A DNA stretch of 33,188 nucleotides from Methanocella sp. Its GTDB lineage: Archaea; Thermoproteota; Bathyarchaeia; Bathyarchaeales; Bathycorpusculaceae. The position numbers and the translations under genes were made by a program. The notes under the pieces are model-generated. The model was not told the DNA's origin. It did not search any database and worked only from the letters and a program-made list of their open reading frames with translations. This document shows, in pieces, positions 10,136 to 19,663 of the stretch. The DNA lies in contig JBLNCY010000023.1 in the NCBI GenBank assembly GCA_050261115.1, forward strand, positions 1 through 33,188, in the 5' to 3' direction. Each line of letters opens with the position of its first letter. The first letter of the stretch is position 1.

Positions 10136-11015
10136 GCCTGTTAAGGAATGATTTTAAAGATAATGCCAATGCAATGGCTATTAAGCTTAACGTTCCAAGC
10201 GGCGAAGCCACAACACCATACACAACACCAAGACCCGCCTTAGCCTCATCAAGCGGTGAACTAGGCAAATGATTCTGAGCAACAAACACCTCCACACCAC
10301 CCTCCCCCAAACCTACAACGCCACGGATAAACAACAAGTTATCATCAAAGCCAACCATGCCATTAATCAACAAACTCGGATCAGCCACCGCAACCACAAC
10401 CCCCTCACCCACACCAACAAAAGCAACCACCGGAACAGGACCCGCCACATCACCCGCATCAAACTCCCCATCACCATTAACATCCACAAAACTAAAACCC
10501 GAAGACAACGCAACCACAAACGCATCAGAAGTCCCACTCAAACCCGTAGCATGATTAAAAACAACACTAGTAACATTACCTACAGCCGACTGATTAGCGA
10601 AATTGGTAATTTTTGGCAACAGCGCATTCTTATGATTAAACAAGGGATCCAACAGCGTATCACCCATAAACCGCATCCTCAACCCCAAACCAGACAACAC
10701 CTCGTTACCAAACCCATAATCATCCAACAACACCAACGTACCACCCGACACCACATAACTTCTAAGCTGCCCCAACTCAACATCAGAAAACCCTGTATAA
10801 GGCACCAAAATCAAAGCCGACCCCCTGCCCGACGAAGGCAAATCACCAAAAGAATCTAGCGCATGAATGTTCTCTTGACCACTAAACGCGGAGAGCCCAT
10901 TCCAAAAAGGGTTATCAACCCGAAAATCACCCGTAGCCGGATAAAACCAGATAACCGCAGACAACACAAGCATAATAACTAAAGTCAAAGACAGCAAAAC
11001 CCTACGCGGATCCAT
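10110..11015 (-). CDS. DUF4350-like (GATase1/GldG-like fold) membrane-anchored protein
   Basis: N-terminal TM; DFRVDNPFWNGLS; LRSYVVSGGTLVLLDDYGFGNEVL; GEGVVVAVADPSLLINGM...DN; C-terminal TM. Its position before MoxR is typical of this family. Confidence 0.8.
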   Translation of the reverse strand: MDPRRVLLSLTLVIMLVLSAVIWFYPATGDFRVDNPFWNGLSAFSGQENIHALDSFGDLPSSGRGSALILVPYTGFSDVELGQLRSYVVSGGTLVLLDDYGFGNEVLSGLGLRMRFMGDTLLDPLFNHKNALLPKITNFANQSAVGNVTSVVFNHATGLSGTSDAFVVALSSGFSFVDVNGDGEFDAGDVAGPVPVVAFVGVGEGVVVAVADPSLLINGMVGFDDNLLFIRGVVGLGEGGVEVFVAQNHLPSSPLDEAKAGLGVVYGVVASPLGTLSLIAIALALSLKSFLNRRGADEKTR

Positions 11016-12966
11016 TCAAAGCTCCTCCAATGTCTACTACTAATTGCTCAGCCACAACCGCTTCCGCCTCAGTTATGACATGCGGTGAGTATAAACTCTT
11101 TTCAGCCAAACCAGTCAAAGCAGAAAAAGCTTCAACCGCCCCACCACACTTCGCACCAGCCACCACTAAATACTCATGCAACGTCATATCAGGCATCAAG
11201 CTCTCCCCAGTAACAGACTGAACCAAGCTAAGCGCCGACACATATGCCCTAAGCACCCGCCCCTTCAACCCCTCAAACTTTACCTGCACAAGCCCAACCC
11301 CACCAACAACCTCCACTGCCGACGCATCACCTTTGGGTGGCAAAACAAAAGCCTGCCCAGACTGCAAAGACACAGGCAAACCCTTCTTGCCCCTGACGCC
11401 CGAAAACTTGGAATACATAACAAACACAACCGAAAAAGAACAAACCAACGCCACAGCGATACTGATGGGGTTCAAAACAAGGACACCTTCAGTCCTTTGA
11501 ACCGTCGCCTGCCAAGGCTGAGCAGGAACAACAGTAACTTTGAGCTCCTGGTTACCCGCAAAAACAGTATTAAATGGCACCTCAACAGTCACATTAAAGC
11601 TTCCATCACTAGCCGACTTAACAACCGTAGAACTGTTCGCAAAAACAACATGCACACTGGCACCCCCAAGCGGTCCAGACGCCGACGCCACCGAACCATT
11701 GACATACAAGCTAGAGGGCAACACGACAAGAGACGCCGCACTAACCTCTAACTTAGTCACCATCTTTTGAACCAACAAAACCCTAGAGACGCTAACGCCA
11801 GCATACAAACCAGACGAATCAACCCTCACCGATAAAGTATGATTACCAAGCGTAGCATTAGCCCCAACCACAGGTCTAACAGCAAAACCGCCTGCTCCAT
11901 CGGTCAAAACCTGACCAATAACCTGGCCATCAAACACAACCCTAACCTGTCTCCCACCAAGCGGCAACCCATCCTCAGAAGTAACATTACCCTGAATACT
12001 CAAAGCTAACCCAGGATAAGCAACAGAAGGCAAAGCCACCTCAAGCAACGTTCTATAAAACAAAACCTCAACCCTCACCATCGGACTCGCCGACGCCAAG
12101 TAAACAGTTTTGTCGCCGCCCTGAGGAGTATAGAGCGCATTTACCAAAACATGGTCAACATACTTGTAGGGAACCCGAATCAACGCAGAATATTCCCCAT
12201 TAGAATCAGTGTTTGCCATAGCAACTCTTTGACCATCAATCTGCAACTCTACAGCACGACCAGCTAACCCTACACCACCAGAAGCCAGCGTCCCTGACAC
12301 ATGCAGATAATCCCCCACAAAGCAACTAGTCGCATTCAACCCTAACGATAACGACGTAGCATCAAGCTGAGCCTCAGCCCTCTGATTAGCCCGCTCCAAA
12401 AGCTGATGATACAAATCAATCAACTCCTGAAGCCTCAAAAGCATACGCTGCAAAGTATCATAAGCATCCCGAACCTTACTCGCAACAGCCGACGAAAAAA
12501 CACCCAAACGCTGACTCATCGTTAACGTCGCAGCCTTAAGATCATCAAGAAGAATCTGCGCCTTGGCAACTAAGACCCCCGCTTGTTGAAGCGCTTTACC
12601 CGCCTCCGAAAGCCTGTTCTGATCAAGCAAACTCTCAGCAGTATTCAACGTTGAATCAAGATCACCTAAAACCGTGATTAGCTGCCGAGTCAAATCATTG
12701 TACCGATCAATTACATACCTCAAATTTTCAGGCACAGTAATGTGCTTTAGCTGCTCGCTTAACTCAGACGCATTAGAATATTGCCTAGAAGCTACAAGAG
12801 CAAAAATCTCTGCATACTGACTTAAAAACGAAAAAGAATCCAATGCGCTCCCCACAGCCTCTGGATCCTCATGGGGAACCTTGGCCGGCTGAGCAGTTAC
12901 CGATAAAACAGGCATCAAAACCGATGCAAGCAAAAGAAAAATCAAGAACACACCGAGACCCTTCAT
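11002..12966 (-). CDS. Secreted helical + Ig-like repeat membrane protein with a C-terminal DUF4129-like domain
   Basis: Signal peptide, a coiled/helical region, three Ig-like repeats (TDSNGEY, TDGAGGF, SASDGSF) and a TM. The cytoplasmic tail RAY......V.......MTLHEY...AFSALTGLAEKSLYSPH resembles DUF4129. Confidence 0.75.
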   Translation of the reverse strand: MKGLGVFLIFLLLASVLMPVLSVTAQPAKVPHEDPEAVGSALDSFSFLSQYAEIFALVASRQYSNASELSEQLKHITVPENLRYVIDRYNDLTRQLITVLGDLDSTLNTAESLLDQNRLSEAGKALQQAGVLVAKAQILLDDLKAATLTMSQRLGVFSSAVASKVRDAYDTLQRMLLRLQELIDLYHQLLERANQRAEAQLDATSLSLGLNATSCFVGDYLHVSGTLASGGVGLAGRAVELQIDGQRVAMANTDSNGEYSALIRVPYKYVDHVLVNALYTPQGGDKTVYLASASPMVRVEVLFYRTLLEVALPSVAYPGLALSIQGNVTSEDGLPLGGRQVRVVFDGQVIGQVLTDGAGGFAVRPVVGANATLGNHTLSVRVDSSGLYAGVSVSRVLLVQKMVTKLEVSAASLVVLPSSLYVNGSVASASGPLGGASVHVVFANSSTVVKSASDGSFNVTVEVPFNTVFAGNQELKVTVVPAQPWQATVQRTEGVLVLNPISIAVALVCSFSVVFVMYSKFSGVRGKKGLPVSLQSGQAFVLPPKGDASAVEVVGGVGLVQVKFEGLKGRVLRAYVSALSLVQSVTGESLMPDMTLHEYLVVAGAKCGGAVEAFSALTGLAEKSLYSPHVITEAEAVVAEQLVVDIGGALNGSA

Positions 12967-13226
12967 ATTAGACTTGCACCCAAAATTTCAAGAACCTTCA
13001 AAGCAACAATTAATATGAAAACCCCAAAAAGACCATACCCAAGAAAGTTTGTAATCCTCTGAGTTTTCGGCTTAAGCGGAGAATTCAACAAGGTTAGGAT
13101 AAAATATTCAACGATATATACCGAAACATAGAGGTCCAAAGTGCTGCCACTATACAACGATAACAAAACCGTAGTGACAGAATAGGTTACAGTGAGCGAG
13201 AGCAGATATCTTTCAGGTACTCTCAA
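12963..13226 (-). CDS. Small 3-TM membrane protein
   Basis: 87 aa and hydrophobic. Overlaps both neighbours, consistent with translational coupling. Confidence 0.8.
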   Translation of the reverse strand: MRVPERYLLSLTVTYSVTTVLLSLYSGSTLDLYVSVYIVEYFILTLLNSPLKPKTQRITNFLGYGLFGVFILIVALKVLEILGASLI

Positions 13227-13971
13227 TGGTTCTCCCCAACACCCTTAATTCAACAACACATCTACCCCGGCTGTAACGCTCACTCGCTACTGAAACAGGC
13301 CTATCTAAAACCTCAGCAGTTACCGACGCAACTATAGATGCAATGGGACTTCCCAACTGCGCATAAATCCACATCTTACCACCATCAAGCCGCGGATTGA
13401 TAACCTCAACCAAAACCCTCAAATCATCTAACGTAACCCTAGCCCCATCCGCCAAACACACGGTACCAGAAAAAACCGACGAAAGAGCCGACTCAATATC
13501 ACCCGCAGAATAATCCTCCTTAGGCTTAATTGCACCGCCAATTACAGAACCAGGAGTAACCACAAGCAAACCCATCGATTCAGGCCTTGACCCATACTTA
13601 ACAATAAGCCGTTTAGGCAAAACCTTGTTGTTATAATCGAAATTCGCATCCAACGGAATCAGCGCTTTAGGTTTATCACCACTAACTGACGACGGTAAAT
13701 AGATCGCTTTAGCAGTCAACCCCAACTCTTCTACCAAAGCCGAGATATTCTCAACCCCTGACTGCAACAGCACCGCACTAGCCTCAGGAGGAATCTTTGG
13801 CTGCCCCCGACTTATCGCAAACGTCACCGAACCAATTATCACAGTGGAAATTCCAAGAGCCGTTAAAGGCGTAGAATTCAAAACCAAAAAAGCAAGAACC
13901 GCCATCAAACTACCAGTAACTATGAGACTTGATGCAAGCGTAGAGTATGTATCCTTAAATGAGATTATCAT
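13213..13971 (-). CDS. Hypothetical membrane protein (2 N-terminal TMs plus a soluble alpha/beta domain)
   Basis: 252 aa, ATG start with GAGG upstream, two TM helices. The C-terminal LGSPIASIVAS...E.LDRPV.V segment is reminiscent of V4R-like folds. Confidence 0.8.
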   Translation of the reverse strand: MIISFKDTYSTLASSLIVTGSLMAVLAFLVLNSTPLTALGISTVIIGSVTFAISRGQPKIPPEASAVLLQSGVENISALVEELGLTAKAIYLPSSVSGDKPKALIPLDANFDYNNKVLPKRLIVKYGSRPESMGLLVVTPGSVIGGAIKPKEDYSAGDIESALSSVFSGTVCLADGARVTLDDLRVLVEVINPRLDGGKMWIYAQLGSPIASIVASVTAEVLDRPVSVASERYSRGRCVVELRVLGRTIEST

Positions 13972-14064
13972 GCGCCTCGTTCACTATAGCCAACTTGCTT
14001 CTAAGGGTAGCGTTCTGTAAAATAACAATACATTGATATAACTTTTAAGCAATAAAAATCAAAA

Positions 14065-14646
14065 CTAACTATTCAAACTAAGCTGAAAATACCTAAACCT
14101 ACGAACTACAACCGCAACAGCCATAGCTTCCGCAAAAACAGCCATAGACACCATAATTGGCTCAAGCCGAATGCCCCAAGGCGTATAATTGAGAACCAAA
14201 CCTATCAACGGAACTATAGCAAGACTTAACCCAATCGACAAGGCAACTCTCTCAAGAGTATCCATCTCTCCGCTTCTCGGATAAAGCGCCGATATAAGTA
14301 GAAAGCCCGGCAAAAACAGCACAAAAACCCCACCTAAAACATAGCGAAGATAGATCAACACTGAAGAATTAACCATAAATACCACAACTAAAGTAAAAGC
14401 AACAAGTGCCGTTATCCCCCAAAACCACGCATTCTCCAAATTAACAAAGTAACTTGCAAGGTTTGAAGGTGGATTCGACCCTGAAAGATTCAAGTTTCCC
14501 TTCTTGTATTCACTGTAGACTGCTTTTGTGGCAACTTTGAATTCTAAGCCCTTTTGTTTAACTACTTCATCAACTAACTCGGAGACTGTGGGTTGACCCA
14601 TAGATTGTGCGATTTCCAAAACAGTCTTTCCTAAGTCTTCACCCAC
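14065..14646 (-). CDS. DUF1616-like membrane module with an N-terminal helical (possibly winged-helix) domain
   Basis: RYVLGGVFVLFLPGFLLISALYP...LERVALSIGLSLAIVPLIGLVLNYTPWGIR is the TM half of DUF1616. GTG start with a GGGAGGAG RBS. Confidence 0.85.
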   Translation of the reverse strand: MGEDLGKTVLEIAQSMGQPTVSELVDEVVKQKGLEFKVATKAVYSEYKKGNLNLSGSNPPSNLASYFVNLENAWFWGITALVAFTLVVVFMVNSSVLIYLRYVLGGVFVLFLPGFLLISALYPRSGEMDTLERVALSIGLSLAIVPLIGLVLNYTPWGIRLEPIMVSMAVFAEAMAVAVVVRRFRYFQLSLNS

Positions 14647-14684
14647 CTGTTACTCCTCCCATCAACGATGCTATCACACGTAAT

Positions 14685-14707
14685 CCTATACAATTTTTAT
14701 ATATGTC
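14685..14707. promoter_or_regulatory. Putative shared bidirectional TATA element
   Basis: TTTTTATATAT sits in the middle of the 98-bp gap between divergent starts at 14646 and 14745. Confidence 0.5.
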
Positions 14708-14744
14708 TTGCGCTAAGTTCCTCTCTGTTTCAGGACGAGAAAAA

Positions 14745-15716
14745 ATGAAAAACAGATCAGCGATAACGATTGCTATTATCTTCACCGTAATTATCGCCTC
14801 AACGGCAAGCACAGCATACGGCCAATCCACACAAGTAGCCAACGCCGAGAGCGCAACAATCAATGCCTACAACGCCATCACCGAAGCACACCAAGCAGGC
14901 GCAGACACAACCCAATTAATAGAACAACTAAACACAGCCTTAAACCTAACCAGCCAAGCAAAACAAGCCCAAACAAACAACCCCCAAGAAGCAGAAACAC
15001 TCGCCAATCAAGCCATAGAAATCGCACAAAACGTAACCCAACAAGCCCACACAGCACAACAAACCGCAGAAAACACCCTGCCCATAGCAGCTATCACAAC
15101 TGCATCAGCCCTCGTTGTGGCAGGCATCGCCATCTATTTCCTTGGACCAAAAATCTACTGGAACATATGGCTCAAACTAAGAAAAAATTACCGCCTAAAC
15201 ACCAAAAAAACCAGCCCAAACAAAAACGCCTTAGTGATAACGGCTGAACAAATATGCGCTATAGCCCTAGCTATCACAGTAATCTTAGCGCTCATATCCG
15301 TCTCAGGCCTCATACTCCCCACTAACCGAGGGGAACAATTCTCAGAGCTAGGCATATTAGGTCCAAACATGAAATTAGGCGATTACCCCTCAAAAATAGT
15401 CTCATCCGAAACAATTCACCTCTACGGCTACGTTGGCAACCAAATGGGCCAACCCATGTACTACACAGTCATGGTAAAACTCGGTGACAACAACACCGCA
15501 GTAAACCCCGCAAATACTGATTCAATAAATCAGTACAGCCAAGTATTAGATAGCAATCAATCCTGGACATTCCCCATCGACTTAACTCTTACAAAAGTTG
15601 GCGATAACCAAAGAGTCCTCTTCGAACTCTGGATATATAACCAAACCATCAACCAAAACCAGTATCATGAACGATGGGGCCAAATCTGGCTTAACGTAAC
15701 CTCCCCCGCAACCTAA
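14745..15716 (+). CDS. Membrane protein with a helical bundle and C-terminal DUF1616-like extracellular domain
   Basis: Start reassigned to ATG 14745 (signal peptide MKNRSAITIAII...). Ala/Gln helical region and two TMs, then GEQFSELGILGPNMKLGDYP...VGNQMG..MYY.V...RVLFELW, the C-terminal half of DUF1616. Confidence 0.83.
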   Translation: MKNRSAITIAIIFTVIIASTASTAYGQSTQVANAESATINAYNAITEAHQAGADTTQLIEQLNTALNLTSQAKQAQTNNPQEAETLANQAIEIAQNVTQQAHTAQQTAENTLPIAAITTASALVVAGIAIYFLGPKIYWNIWLKLRKNYRLNTKKTSPNKNALVITAEQICAIALAITVILALISVSGLILPTNRGEQFSELGILGPNMKLGDYPSKIVSSETIHLYGYVGNQMGQPMYYTVMVKLGDNNTAVNPANTDSINQYSQVLDSNQSWTFPIDLTLTKVGDNQRVLFELWIYNQTINQNQYHERWGQIWLNVTSPAT

Positions 15717-15738
15717 CGTTAACTCAAAGGCAAAACCT

Positions 15739-16869
15739 ATGCAGCCGATAGCATTCAAAATGCTGTTCCGAAAGAAAGGCACAGCATCAGCCATAATCGT
15801 CATCGCCCTTCTAGTCGCCTTACTCGCATCCGTAAATGCCCTAGTAAACAACATCAACTCACAAACAACACTAGTAACAAAACTTGCCGGCACTGGCAAC
15901 GCCTACCTCCTGACTGACGAAAAATCAACTTCACTATTAGAAAGCAAACTAAGCCCAAATACCATTAACACTCTAAAGGATAACCCCCAAATCTCATATG
16001 CCACCGCCCAAATGATAATACAGGCAACCCTAACAACAAACACTGGCGATTACCAAGTTACCATCAAAGGCATAGACGACATACAAACATACCTAAAAAA
16101 CAATAAAGCAAGCATCAACGGCACCATCAGTAAAGAAAACCAAGCCAACATAGGAATAATATTATCAAAACTAGCATCCATAAACAAAAACGACCTACTC
16201 AACCTAACCATAAATGGCAGACAAACACAACTCAAAGTAACATCCATAACCCAGGCAAACCAGCAAACAGACACCCAAATAACAATGCCCCTATCAACAC
16301 TCCAAACCTTAGCCCAAAACACCAATCAAATCTCACACATAGAATTCACCATAAAAGACACTAACCAAGCAAACACAATCCTAAACAACCTAACTCAAAC
16401 CCTCCCAGCAAACACAAAAATAACAAGCCTACAGCAGATCACAACCTTTGCAGGAGACATCAACAATCAAACAGCCACCTTCATAACCGTCTGGTCAATA
16501 GCCATCTACATGGTGGTAGCGGGAGCCTCCTACATAGTCGTCGCTAGAATAATAAATGAATCCCAACATGACCTCTATATACTCAGAACAATAGGCTCAA
16601 AGAAATCCGCTACCTTCAGCTTAATACTAATTTATGCTCTAACACTTGCCTTTTTGGGTGCCTTAATTGGTTTCTCCCTTGGATTAGTAGGCACACAAAC
16701 CATCTCTACCTTTATCCGCTGGCAATATGGAAACGCATTTCTGGCGCCATCTCTTGAGGTTACTCAAGTGCTTCAGCTATTGCTGCTCACAATAACCGCT
16801 GCGCTCATCGGGAGCGTTTATCCCGCAATCAAAGCAGTGCAGACAATTACAAGGGTGAATCACCAATGA
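15739..16869 (+). CDS. MacB/FtsX-like ABC transporter permease
   Basis: One N-terminal TM, a large extracellular domain, then LYILRTIGSKK (FtsX-type LRALGA motif) and three C-terminal TMs ending GSVYPA.KA. Confidence 0.88.
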   Translation: MQPIAFKMLFRKKGTASAIIVIALLVALLASVNALVNNINSQTTLVTKLAGTGNAYLLTDEKSTSLLESKLSPNTINTLKDNPQISYATAQMIIQATLTTNTGDYQVTIKGIDDIQTYLKNNKASINGTISKENQANIGIILSKLASINKNDLLNLTINGRQTQLKVTSITQANQQTDTQITMPLSTLQTLAQNTNQISHIEFTIKDTNQANTILNNLTQTLPANTKITSLQQITTFAGDINNQTATFITVWSIAIYMVVAGASYIVVARIINESQHDLYILRTIGSKKSATFSLILIYALTLAFLGALIGFSLGLVGTQTISTFIRWQYGNAFLAPSLEVTQVLQLLLLTITAALIGSVYPAIKAVQTITRVNHQ

Positions 16870-18071
16870 GCGTTATAAAATTCCCCTACCTACAAAGAAA
16901 ACGCACCTTAACCCTCATCATAATATTAACGCTTGCCTCTACCCTTTTCTCAGTAACCGCTTATAGCTTCTTGGGATTCTACAACGGCTTCACAAGCTAC
17001 GTAGGAGAACAAAAAGACATCATAGCTCTCTATAGCAAAAGCAGTAGCACACCCTACACTGGCGTAATCCCCCTAAGTGTAGCAGACATGGTAGAACCTC
17101 AAACAGGCGTAATTGCAATAAGCCCCGAGATAATCGCCCCCTGCACAATAAACAATCAATCGATCTTCATTCGAGGGATAATCCCAAGCGCTGTAGCAGA
17201 GCTAAATTCACCAATAATACAAGAAGGCCAATACCTAAACCTCACAGATACCAACGCATGCATCATTGGAAGTAATCTGGCAAACAGGTTACGACTAAAA
17301 ACAGGTGATAGTTTTCTTGCATTCGCGGTAATAGCAAAAAACTATGTGGAACTCGAAGTCAAAGGCATTTTCACGACCCAAACCGCCCTTGATGACGAAG
17401 CATTAGTTCCCCTATATACAGGTCAATGGCTAAGAGGCATAAGCTACAACCATGCCACCCTTATACGAATAAAAATAGATCCAAATCAAACCAGCGCCAA
17501 CCAAATATACCAACAAATAACCAACCAAACAACTCCAACCAACCCCGCCCCCTCAAGCACCCCAAATCCAACAGAAAAGAGTCAAACAAAGCAACAACTA
17601 GAAACACTCATCCCCCTTATTCGAACAAACATCAACATAGGCACCATTGACGCAGCAGAATCAAAAGAATTTATGCAAAGTTACCTTAACCGCTATGGTA
17701 TAAGCAAAGACACACTAATCGTCCTATCGATAGCTGTATTTATTTTCGCAAGTGGTACAGCGGCGTCAGCAATAACTCTCTTCATAAAACAACATTCCTC
17801 AGAATTAGATACAATCAAAAGTATAGGTGCTTCGAATAGAAAAATTAAATTCGATTTAATACTGAGAATGATTACCTGGGCTTTGATTGCCACCTTTGTA
17901 GGTACCCTTATCAGCGCCGCTTTCATTGTTGCCTTCCAAAAGTTAGGTTACTTACAGGTTCTATCTCACACTATAACCTTCCAATTAGATCCCCTTATTG
18001 CCATTGCCAACTTCATCCTGCTTTCTGTACTGATTGGGTTTAATATCTTCAAAATGGAGCTAAAACAATGA
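16866..18071 (+). CDS. MacB/FtsX-like ABC transporter permease (second subunit)
   Basis: ISPEI...FIRGI...CIIGSNLANRL.LK.GD...VKGIF....D...VPL (MacB extracellular core) and ELDTIKSIGAS. ATGA overlap with the previous gene. Confidence 0.9.
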   Translation: MSVIKFPYLQRKRTLTLIIILTLASTLFSVTAYSFLGFYNGFTSYVGEQKDIIALYSKSSSTPYTGVIPLSVADMVEPQTGVIAISPEIIAPCTINNQSIFIRGIIPSAVAELNSPIIQEGQYLNLTDTNACIIGSNLANRLRLKTGDSFLAFAVIAKNYVELEVKGIFTTQTALDDEALVPLYTGQWLRGISYNHATLIRIKIDPNQTSANQIYQQITNQTTPTNPAPSSTPNPTEKSQTKQQLETLIPLIRTNINIGTIDAAESKEFMQSYLNRYGISKDTLIVLSIAVFIFASGTAASAITLFIKQHSSELDTIKSIGASNRKIKFDLILRMITWALIATFVGTLISAAFIVAFQKLGYLQVLSHTITFQLDPLIAIANFILLSVLIGFNIFKMELKQ

Positions 18072-19663
18072 AAAAAGCTCCCTTATTCCTCTTCATTATC
18101 CTCCTGTTCGCCCTAACCCTGAGGCTCTACCCCACACTGACAAGTAACATGCCCTTCTCAACCGACGCATGGCCCCTTATACGCAACACCGAACTCATAA
18201 TCCAAAACACACCCATCCCTCTAAACAATGCCCTATTTGATGCATACAACAATTTCTGGCCAGCAATCCAACTTTTCGGCGCAGCATTCTCCCAAATAAC
18301 AAACCTACCTCCCATTATTGCAATGGCCATAGGAATCCCCATAGCTGCAGCACTCGCAATTCCGATATTTTATTTACTCGTGAAAAAACTAACCGAAAAC
18401 ACAACCGTAGCATTATTTGCTTCTTTAATGCTGGCCGCAGCTTTCTCCTATACCCTCTACACCTCAGGCGTAACCAAAGAAGCCTTCGCAAGCCCAATCT
18501 ACATCGCCCTAATACTTCTATTCTTACTCAAACACAACAAAAAAACAGCCCTCTTATTCTCAATCGCCTCGGCTGCACTAGCGCTAACCCACCATTTCAC
18601 AGCTTTCTTTGCCACCATCATATTGGTCGCCATTTCAATTGCAAACTATTTCGGAAAAAATGACGAGAAGCAAGAAAACTCGAATCTCTCAAATCTATCG
18701 TTTACGGCAATACAAGCAACAATTACTATTAGCTACTTTGTCTTGTTTGCCTCTCCAAAGTTTAACTCAAACTTCTCGTCAAGCATGCTGTTAACAGTTG
18801 CTGCTTATCAGATTTTGTTTGCCTCATTAACTCTGGGTATGACTTATAGTATAAAAAAAGCCTCAACAAAACGAAGTCTAATGTATTTCATTATTGGCTC
18901 CTCGACTGCCATATGGGCAATGTACACAATTCTACACACATGCACGCTGCCGGGCGCTCACTTACTCTACGAATTGCCCCTATTCATAGGTTTACCACTG
19001 GCCGTTTTTGGATTAATCGAGCTCTATCAAAGAAAAACTAAACTTACTGCACCCTTCTTTTGGCTAATTTCCGTATTAGCATTCACCTTTTTTGCCGTAT
19101 TTTCTAACATTGGTGGCGCATCAGACTTTACTTGGCGATCAATGAATTTCATCTTGCCACCTCTGATAATTCTAATCGCAATAGGTATAAGCAAACTCTA
19201 CTCGACCCCTCCACATGTCAAACTGCAGAAATTGACAAAGCCCCTATCTATCCTATTGGTATTGGCGATTGTATCTGCCAATGCCTATGGTATGTACAAA
19301 ACAGTATCAGAACAGGATTCCTCCCTTGGCTACTTCTGGCTCTATCGACCCTCAGATTTCGAAGCATCAAAATGGATTGCATCATACGCAAACAACCAAA
19401 CAACAGGAGGAGATGACAGAGTAGCTTACCTGCTGCAACAATATTTCAACAAATCCGTAAGCACCTCACAGGGATTGCGCTATCTTGAAGGGAACGGCAC
19501 CGCCCCCGAAATACTATATATTTATGATCAGATGAAAGAAGAGAGTAAAGGCTATGTCATTGCAGGGGTCCCTATTAGTCTTCCAGCCAACTGGACAGAA
19601 AAACTCTCCAATTACAACCTTATTTACGCCAACAATGAGGTAACAATCTATGCTAAGCGATAA
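18068..19663 (+). CDS. Polytopic membrane protein, GT-C glycosyltransferase-like (DUF2206/PMT-like)
   Basis: About 12-13 TMs. First loop R.YP.....PFSTDAWPLIR carries an acidic residue. Also Y..FWP, KEAFA and LTHH motifs, and a C-terminal soluble domain SDFEASKWI...YNLIYANNEVTIY. The CDS is secure; the function is inferred. Confidence 0.65.
   Translation: MKKAPLFLFIILLFALTLRLYPTLTSNMPFSTDAWPLIRNTELIIQNTPIPLNNALFDAYNNFWPAIQLFGAAFSQITNLPPIIAMAIGIPIAAALAIPIFYLLVKKLTENTTVALFASLMLAAAFSYTLYTSGVTKEAFASPIYIALILLFLLKHNKKTALLFSIASAALALTHHFTAFFATIILVAISIANYFGKNDEKQENSNLSNLSFTAIQATITISYFVLFASPKFNSNFSSSMLLTVAAYQILFASLTLGMTYSIKKASTKRSLMYFIIGSSTAIWAMYTILHTCTLPGAHLLYELPLFIGLPLAVFGLIELYQRKTKLTAPFFWLISVLAFTFFAVFSNIGGASDFTWRSMNFILPPLIILIAIGISKLYSTPPHVKLQKLTKPLSILLVLAIVSANAYGMYKTVSEQDSSLGYFWLYRPSDFEASKWIASYANNQTTGGDDRVAYLLQQYFNKSVSTSQGLRYLEGNGTAPEILYIYDQMKEESKGYVIAGVPISLPANWTEKLSNYNLIYANNEVTIYAKR

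Noticed and set aside
8200-11751. Long + strand ORFs (8200-8802, 9278-10102, 10269-10859, 11176-11751)
   Set aside because: Antisense shadows of well-supported - strand genes. The T-poor + strand rarely forms stop codons, and the products are H/Q/P/R/N-rich with no motifs.
14607-14744. Upstream in-frame extensions from the ORF track (also 22034-22075 and 29358-29444)
   Set aside because: Downstream starts give proper signal peptides, RBSs or stop-start overlaps. The extensions overlap neighbouring genes or promoter DNA.
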